From the NCBI GenBank assembly GCA_950097015.1, contig CATNEN010000002.1:2232001-2296000 (forward strand): 64,000 nucleotides of DNA, in the 5' to 3' direction. The DNA comes from Macrostomum hystrix (taxonomy: Eukaryota > Animalia > Platyhelminthes). The translations under genes and the position numbers were made by a program. The notes beneath the pieces were generated by a model, which was not told the DNA's origin, made no database searches, and saw nothing but the letters and a program-made list of their open reading frames with translations. Each line of letters begins with the position of its first letter. The stretch's first letter is position 1. This document shows, piece after piece, positions 58,363-64,000 of this stretch.

Positions 58363-61300
58363 AACAATGCGGGCCTTCTTTGCCGATGTGGGCGCAGATG
58401 CTGTCGTTGACAATGGAGGATCAACGGTGTAAGCGGGTTCAGTGGCCGCGGCTGGTGTCAGAGAAGTCGGCCTGGCCCGCTTCAAACCACCACCGCCTCC
58501 TCCGCTGCCAGCCGAAGCGGACGATGAGGACGACGTGGAGGCCGCAGCGGCGGAGGCGGCAGCAGCCGCAGCTACAACGGCGCCAACTTGATGCGAGCCA
58601 ACGCTGCCGCCGCTTTGTGGCGAGTTGCTTGCGGCGTTGCCTGGTAGAATCAGTTTGGGATTGCGCATATGTGGACTTAACTTAATTGTGATTGAAAACA
58701 ATCATTAATAATTACTCGACTAGCTAAAGCACTATAAAGTACGAGAGGCGAACAACTTAGAATTAGAATTTCACCATTTAGGGATAAATTAACAAAGAGA
58801 GGGTACAATCGAACATGGGGGGATAATGAGGATGGGGAATAATTAAACATGACGATCTGACACTGAGGCGGAAACGTTTCCTGAAATTTGATATTTAGGG
58901 GATAATATTACGTGGGATCAGATACGGAGGGGATAAAATAAACAGGGATCTGATATTGAGAGGATAATACAATCCAAGTATCGAATATTAGGGGAAAATA
59001 AAACGTGGGATCTGTTATTAAGGGGATAATATAAATAATCTGGGATTTGATATTGAGGGGATAATTAAACATGCCGATCTAGTATATCGAGTATAAAATA
59101 ACAAAAATTATCTTACTTTGATGGGATAATCATATCACAAACCAGCTAGACAATAGACTCACCGTGATCCCTGAGCTGCTGACTGACTGGGGTCATAGCG
59201 GACTGCGGCAGGAATTGTGAGAACTCCTCCAGCAGGTCAGGCTGGCCAGCAAACAGGCGCTCTACCTCGCCCAGCACCTGCTCCTCATTGTTATGAGACT
59301 CTCCGGCCCGCTGCTCCTTCTGGTATTTGTGTAGAATGTCCAGGAACTGTTTGTAAACTGGCGACCTGCCAGCGAATCTGGACTTGATTTTATTCACGTA
59401 GGAGATGGCGTGGTTGAACTCTTCGTATTGGTCGCCTGGCCCAGCGCTGCCGCCGCTGCTCGAGACGGAGGCTGAAGACTGCGGAGCAATGCTGGGTCCC
59501 GGGTGATGCGAGTGAGCGGGACCAGTGGGCCCCACCAGAGTGACTGGCGGCCTGTTTGGTTGCAGCAGCGAGATGGTCTGCTTGTCCGAGCTAGCCTTCA
59601 TCTTGTAGCCGCTAGGCAGGAAGGTGTTGAAGCCAAGGATAAGGTCATAGTGGCCTTGAAAAAAGTTCTTCACGCGATTGATCACTTCCTGGAAAGTCAG
59701 GTGTGTTGATTGGCGGGGTTAGTAAATAGACATTGCACCTAGCCAAGCTATTGTGCTGCGTAAACATTTCTGCTGAAGGATAACAATTCATTGCCCTCGG
59801 AAAGGGAGGTGAGTGGTTCAATGCGTTTGGCGATTGCGCCAGGGTCCCTGAGCTCGAATCCACGGCTAGGCCACTTTTATTTGGGGCGCAGCCGCGAAGA
59901 GATAGCTTGGGGGGCTTGTCGTGCAATTTATGCCCTTGAGGGCCAACCTCCAGGGCACAGTGAGTGTACACTGCCTGCATGTACACACCTGTGTGAGCGT
60001 GTGCCTGCGTACGGTATTTATGTGTGTGTGCTCGGGAGTCAGCGAAATGGGCAGAATTGCCTCCTCGCAGGCTGCGGGTCTAGTGTCACTAAATGATGTG
60101 CCATTGCCCGCAGCCCTCCTGCAATTATTGTTCCCCTCGGTCTCGTTTACGAAAAAAAACCTAAGCTCACCTGAGTATCAATCGAAGCAGCTTTGAAATC
60201 ACGCATAGTATCCAAAAAGCTGTTGTATACAGCCGGGTGATCGCTGAATCGCAGCTTCACCTGATCTAGGTAGGACAGGGCGTCTTCAACTTTTAAACTT
60301 TGCGAGGCCGCTGCTGTGGCCTCAGCGGCGGCGGCGGCTGCTGCTGCTGCTGACGAGTTTCCACCGAGCTGCATTAGAGAAATAGAAATAAAACAAATAC
60401 AAGGGATAAGAAAATGCTTATAAAAATATCTCAAGACACAAACTACACTACTGACAGTAGAAATACTATAAAATCGAGGCTATTATAAAAAAGATCAATA
60501 CAAACCTGGACCTGCGAAGACGCTGCAGTTACAATAGTTCCAACTGTGGCTGCGGCAACAGAGCTCGATGAGTTTATTGGAGCCGGAGCCAGAAGTGGCT
60601 TCTGCTGCTGAACCGGCGGCGGAGGAGGCGGCGGAGGTGGAGGTGGAGGAGCCGGCTGCGCCTGAGGCGGCTGGGTGAGGGTGGGGGCGAGAAGGCTAGC
60701 CGGCTGATGCAGGAACACATGATGCTGCTGCTGCTGCTGCTGTTGGTGATGATGATGAGCAGCAGGGTGATGCTCAACTGGCTGGCCAAATGGGGCCAAC
60801 TGGACAATGGCAGAGCCAGGCGGTTGGTGATGATGGTGATGATGAGAGCCAACAACGGCTGCAGCAGCGGCGGCAACATTTGAAGGATGCTGCAGCTGCG
60901 ATGTGGACGAAGCAGCTGGAATAGCCAGCGTTGGAGCCTGAGGAAGCGGCGCAGACGTTGGCTGCTGCTGCTGGGCCTGAGAAATGGCCGCGGCCTGTTG
61001 GAAAGCGCTAGCCGGATAGACGGCGAATGACCCGGCAGATGGTCGGGTACCCACGGCTGCGGCGGCAGCTAGCGCGGCTGCGTGCAGCATGGAGGTGGCT
61101 GCCTGGGGTGCCGCAGGCGTGATGGCATGCGGCTGATGCTGCTGGCTGCTGGCATGGTGATGATGCACACCAGGAGCTATAGCGGTGGCAACAACACTAG
61201 TGGCAATGAGTGACGATGCAGGTGTCGGCGTGGGTGTTGCAACGCCAGCTTGAGAAACCTGCGCCAGAAGGGCAGCTGGAGCAGCAATAGGAGCCGAACC

Positions 61301-61441
61301 TGGCCCCACAGATGCTGGTGAAGCAGCCAGCTGCTGCTGCTGAGGTGGAGACTGGGCTGGGTGGTGGGGCAGATTGACGCTGATAATGTTGGCTGCGTGA
61401 CCAACAGTGACTGGGTGTCCCGGTGGCAACCGATCAGACAT
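43962..61441 (-). CDS. SIN3: Sin3 transcriptional co-repressor, 10 coding exons (~1652 aa): 61441-60506, 60368-60171, 59688-59163, 58640-57802, 57179-56899, 48299-47504, 47275-47091, 46283-45921, 45356-45092, 44531-43962
   Basis: PAH1 [17 protein letters not shown]2 [28 protein letters not shown]...[16 protein letters not shown]...EDERYELD, Sin3-C motifs. All introns are GT-AG and phases chain correctly. The first donor could alternatively end the exon at 60512. Confidence 0.92.
44700..45050 (-). mobile_element. SINE family B copy in the last Sin3 intron
   Basis: Reverse complement of the family B consensus. Confidence 0.75.
45410..45842. repeat. 22-bp tandem repeat in a Sin3 intron
   Basis: accacctgtctgaacttcaag[t/g] units. 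Confidence 0.92.
46355..47050. repeat. 12-bp G-rich minisatellite (ggaatggtgtgg) in a Sin3 intron
   Basis: Direct reading of the sequence. Confidence 0.95.
49669..55599 (+). CDS. Nav1: Voltage-gated sodium channel alpha subunit, DEKA (Nav1/para-type); 2 exons (49669-54013, 54092-55599), ~1950 aa spliced
   Basis: Four domains with Arg-rich S4 segments; filter QDAWE / GEWIE / YKGWIS / SAGWD; LFM inactivation motif; IQ-like C-terminus. Confidence 0.95.
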   Translation: MEEDQHFRPFTKHSVERIVRRQEEGTFLGQALSAHASAFGAAHTHANVATPLAGRVCKYGLNEIGEAEEAKHSPTKPTTTTSEERKPNPKLAAGMKLPPALSDKFHAKRLGGVLLEDIDDYYGDKFTFVVISRDKTIFRFSATNALFVLSPFNPVRRAAIRVLTHPAFSMMVLLAIICNCVFMARNSSSEAVEYTFTAIYTAEATIKAISRGLILTDFTYLRDAWNWLDFIVIGLAYIMFFVPTLGNLSALRSLRVLRALKTVTTVPGLKTIVGALMEAVKRLRDVGILTIFVLSIFALVGLQVYKGTLLQKCVKRFNFTSYLDYEYVGNSTDLTKSQLDDLEHLLEKVYYNNMSNWLGYPNELRVCSLNPDMGQQCPEGYKCFRTDKVNPNFGYTNFDNFGWSMLCAFRLMTQDAWESLYQLILRTNGTPHVVFFVLVIMMGSFFLINVILAIVAMAYDEVRKQDKLDEEEEEAARKQEDERRELEEHVKEVSVEKSVSDEVSCLSITDIYKAAGIPLESAKKSLDKLSVRSDKIEGGPVRTPISSYISKHLLKQKSKSVSLPGSPCIKHKDRFHWKPSECTQVNVLETISFPYADDSAAHTPASEVSSREPKDGPNSKFKYFALFSAFANRQPTKTDLLGKIANSKSPLESRKYKDILMCTRNGSDKPIPEILLQEETKQPGVIDHKELLGIRKTQSQRTLRETTSQSQVGGEIEMHDVIVLKTLIEDATKPEKDEVECRPKEKKFEHYKHLFLEKACYSWECCYCWKVFEKYVGFFILDPFVELFITLCILVNTGCMALDVPSNTPTFKEVLSNANLFFTATFGVEAVCKLIAMKPQVYFKDGWNIFDFTIVVLSFVELPLSNVQGLSILRAFRLLRVFKLAKSWQTMNLLFAIIARTMGALGNLVFVLGIIIFIFAVVGMQLFGENYALYKNETLYPEFKGDYPRWNFKDFTHSFMIVFRVLCGEWIESMWGCMNVNGYICVPFFLLTNILASLVVLSLFLALLLSSFGAESLQRREEEEEVNKLQEAIDRINRFIVWSRINIKRLFWHLVDRACTRNYNDNDLFESDDADDSSEDKAKPCGGKGRPGIQLDSRFPLKQHGAYIMENVTIAASQMVFKDINEANILADTSSGTHQNKVFPAGHMTIAIEDKLSPKFDEEPEINEVDIQYWDAPEDCLPKRLMDFCPRAVQLCDNTNLGKIWWGFRCRAYKLVEHKYFEMFIILMIALSSVTLTLEDVNLPKRPKLKLVLEYMDKCFTIIFTFEMIVKWFAFGLKKYFKDAWCWLDFVIVNVALFSLVLNFLGGASGQNMGAFKAMRTLRALRPLRAVSRWEGMKVVVNALIQAIPSIFNVLLVCLVFWLIFSIMGVQLFGGQFYKCIDSNNERVSADIIANKEECEQMAAAFRNVTWENSRINFDNFLNGYLALFQIATYKGWISIIADAVDITGMRKKVLYTMCGITKFIEIYTKIIIAGVNNQPRRDASTSMYLFFVLFIIFGSFFTLKLFIGVIIDNFNVQKKRAGGSVELFMTEDQKRYYKAMKKMSSAAPQKPIPKPKLRISQFFFKVINDQKFDIAIMVFIMLNTIVMCIEHHNQSETFNDVVEQINRFFIVIFTGECVMKLLAQRWYYFKFAWNMFDFVIVVLSILTWAIEDIMVRLPIPPTMIRVVRVFRVGRVLRLVKSARGIRTLLFSLFVSLPALFNIGLLLFMIMFIYSIVGISFFSHVRYRSGIDEIFNFETFPAGMVVLFQLSTSAGWDGVLDGLINEEEPFCSPNKKPHSDCGNYAVAVVFLISYLVISFLVIINMYIAVILENFSQATEDVQQGLTQEDFDLFYEKWEAYDPKAKGFIPVEQVYAFLDELDPPLQLPQPNKIKLATLSVPICKGDTIFCVDLLDALTRNFLGTAADEEELAALKPKGGGKLKDERIIISNTMERQRQRYAACIITKYVRAYASRCKAKRLEAGGDNVIKVTGGHDD
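54014..54091 (+). other. 78-nt in-frame, stop-free GT-AG intron in the Nav gene
   Basis: gtatgag...aataattgcag, AT-rich. Removing it restores AVDITG|VNNQP and deletes a 26-aa insert that does not align to Nav family sequence as recalled. Confidence 0.85.
57215..57545 (+). mobile_element. SINE family B copy (Sin3 intron)
   Basis: Similar to 24783-25138. Confidence 0.75.
58815..59130. repeat. Degenerate ~32-bp tandem repeat (gggataat...gatctg...tattga)
   Basis: Recurring GGGATAAT cores at roughly regular spacing. Confidence 0.55.
59805..60130 (+). mobile_element. SINE family B copy (Sin3 intron)
   Basis: Similar to 24783-25138. Confidence 0.75.
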
Positions 61442-61644
61442 TAGGCTTACTTTTTAAGAATCTGTTTTATCTGTATAATTAGTTGTGCAGCAGCTGTGCT
61501 GGCTTAGAAACTGAAAGTTTGTTAAATTTTTAATATTATATTTTAAAATATGAAATTCTTGAAAATGAAAAATATTCATTAGTTAAATCACTGGGCTGGG
61601 ATGCTAGCTAAATTAAATAGCTTTATCAGCTTTTATCAGGGCTG

Positions 61645-61790
61645 AGTGGCAGAGCAGTCAAGGTACTTATTTGCCTTTTATACCAAGGTTCCAGAGATTC
61701 ATTTTAATCAAGAGCACATTCATTTTGGGTGCAGTCAAGAAGAGAAAGCTTGGGGGCTTATTGTGCTATTAATGCACCTAAGGGCCTAAT
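61645..61790 (+). mobile_element. Degenerate SINE family B 5' fragment
   Basis: tggcagagcagtcaagg head and gagagaaagcttgggggctt body. Confidence 0.5.
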
Positions 61791-64000
61791 CACTTGCAAA
61801 GTCCCTTATGAGGGCTAAGGGTGAGCATAACTGCATCTTGCTAGTGCAGCAGGTCACTAGATACCAGACTTGCTATCTAGTTTCAAAGAGCATTGTTGTA
61901 GTCATGCAAAGTCTGTTGTTCTTAATGTACATTCTATGCTAAAGTACATTATAACAGTTCTTATGGGTTTTATACAATTAGAGCTATTGTATTGTATAAT
62001 TTATGACAATCTGATATCAATAATACAAGCAACACATTTGATCACTTTTCAAGTGCACATTTGTACAGCATACATGCCAGGATGCAAACCAACCCTTGAA
62101 GTATACACTGATGCATGCCACGCACTCAATGTACATCTGCCCAAAGCAACTGGGCAGAAAATTTTGTTTTTGGGCAAAAAACAATCAATCAAGACTAAAT
62201 TAGTTTAGTTTGCAGTCATTTAAAACAAATAAATTGCTAGGATTGGCAAGAATTTACCTAGATCAATTTTAAATTTTAACTACATAGTGAAAACTTTTAA
62301 CTACCATTAATTATAACAGGATTGCAATAGTGTTCCCACATTACATTAATTTTTATTCCTAATTATAAAAAGTTTTTTGAAATGCTTATAGATTATCCTT
62401 AGTCTTGGAGATGTAGTGTATGCTGGAATTCTTCTGGTGTACACCATGGCTTAGGGGAATTTGTTGTATAGTTTCTGATGTACAAAAACTCTGAAAAATA
62501 TAATGGCGTACAAGTGTCTACAAGTAACAACTGGACAAGTGCAACTTTAATTAGCATACAGTATTATAAAATCCAAACAAATTGTAACTTGTAAGATAGT
62601 GTAAGACATTTTAATTTTTTTATATTCTCTGCTTGCAAATATATATTTGTTTGTTTTGTAATAAAAATTGAATTAATAAAAATGCCAGCAAAAAATGTAA
62701 TAATTATTACTTAGTTTGTGGAAGTGAATTGTTTATTTTGTTTTACCTTTATCATGCATTTCTTTTTATTAATAATTTAAATTGCTTCAATTGAAACATA
62801 TTTCTTTATGTATTGTACATTTATTTTTTTGTTTGTCTTGTCATTTGCAAATTAAAAATGTGAGCTGGTTCAAAATTTAGACAATTCAAACTGTGAGCTG
62901 CCCCTTTGTTGGACTGCCAAATCCAAACCTCGAGGCCAAGTGAGACTGACGTCCAATGGCAGGTCACAGCGGATGAACTGCAATTGACTTTGTTTGGGGA
63001 TTTACTTTGTAAGATTTGGTATTCGTATGTCTGCACAGTCTGCTGCCCTTAATTAACTGTAAGATCTACTGCCATGCCAAAGCATCCATGGAGTGAAGGA
63101 GGTGGAGAGAGCGATAAAATGCAAGTCTTATAGGACAGTCTACAGAGGGACACAGACAGAAAGGAGAAGGGATATAAAATATGGACTATTTTGACAAGAG
63201 AAAGAGACATAAGTAAAAGCAGGCAAAGCATTGCAAGTGTAGGGAGAACAAATTTGTGTCATAGCAACAACAGTACAAGAAAGTTAATGAAGAATTTCTG
63301 GCATAAAATTATGTTGTGCTAAAAAACATTGGCGTATAACGGTATACATTACATTTTACTTTTCTTTCTGCCTCCGGCATACACATAGCATGATTGAGAC
63401 TATAGTAGATTGTCTTATAGATTATGTTTTTTGAAATACTTAAGTAAATAGGAATATAAATAACTAAAAAACAAATTTGGTCTATCTCAAGCAACACTAT
63501 ACAGCTATAAACAAAAAGAGCTAAGAGTTAGACCAAAATAAGTTCAACCAAACTGAACCAATCAAAATCAACATAGAAAATATCATAAATTATTACTATC
63601 TATCACATTAAGCCAGTTTTTTAGCAATTCAAATGTTGATTTAAAGTTATAACTTGTCATATTTAAACATAAAGACATGAATGTGATATTATCATATTTC
63701 AAATTATTTATGTACAAAGCTGTAAAACTTGACTTGACTTAATCCATAAATTTAACAAATAAAATAAAACTAAATTGTCATACAAAATACAAAATAATAT
63801 TTAAACTAATTTTTAATAGGTCCTGTGGCCATATCTGGCAAAAGTGGCCTATAGCTTTGTTAAGACCTTCTGGCTTATTTAATATTATGGGCATAGGGTA
63901 TAGCCTAATAGCCATAAGGCAAAGATCAGATGTAAAAAACTTAGTAAACTGTTTTGAAGGCACATTTTCTGTCATAAATCATAACTATCAAAATATCGGA

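Noticed and set aside
60506-61441. His/Gln/Pro/Ala-rich Sin3 N-terminal exon as a separate gene
   Set aside because: Splices in frame to the PAH1 exon; homopolymer tracts are common throughout this window's exons.

Overview
Eukaryotic (metazoan, invertebrate) genomic DNA with AT-rich intergenic regions and GC-rich exons. The overall style suggests a free-living flatworm such as Macrostomum, but that is inference only and was not checked. Left third (1-22 kb): a cluster of six intronless paralogues encoding small secreted precursors with the layout signal peptide + acidic pro-piece + hypervariable, Cys-free, Arg/Tyr/Phe-rich C-terminal peptide, three of which end in a G-K(K) amidation signal. 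Four copies are intact. The other two are reciprocally inactivated within a local segmental duplication. The cluster also holds a solo LTR, a decayed RTE-type LINE and an intact, young Ingi-type LINE (APE-RT-RNaseH-Zn). The Ingi element has a 12-bp TSD, a candidate 5' HDV-like ribozyme, a 2A StopGo peptide and no in-frame AUG upstream of 2A. Middle (22-43 kb): several tandem arrays, two tRNA-derived SINE families, an intronless class A GPCR, MAF1, a THAP-domain gene and a C2H2 zinc-finger gene. Right (44-61.5 kb): a 10-exon Sin3 gene on the minus strand. Its 8.6-kb intron carries an almost intronless DEKA-type voltage-gated sodium channel on the opposite strand, with pore residues predicted to confer tetrodotoxin resistance. 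No CRISPR arrays, rRNA genes or complete tRNA genes were found.
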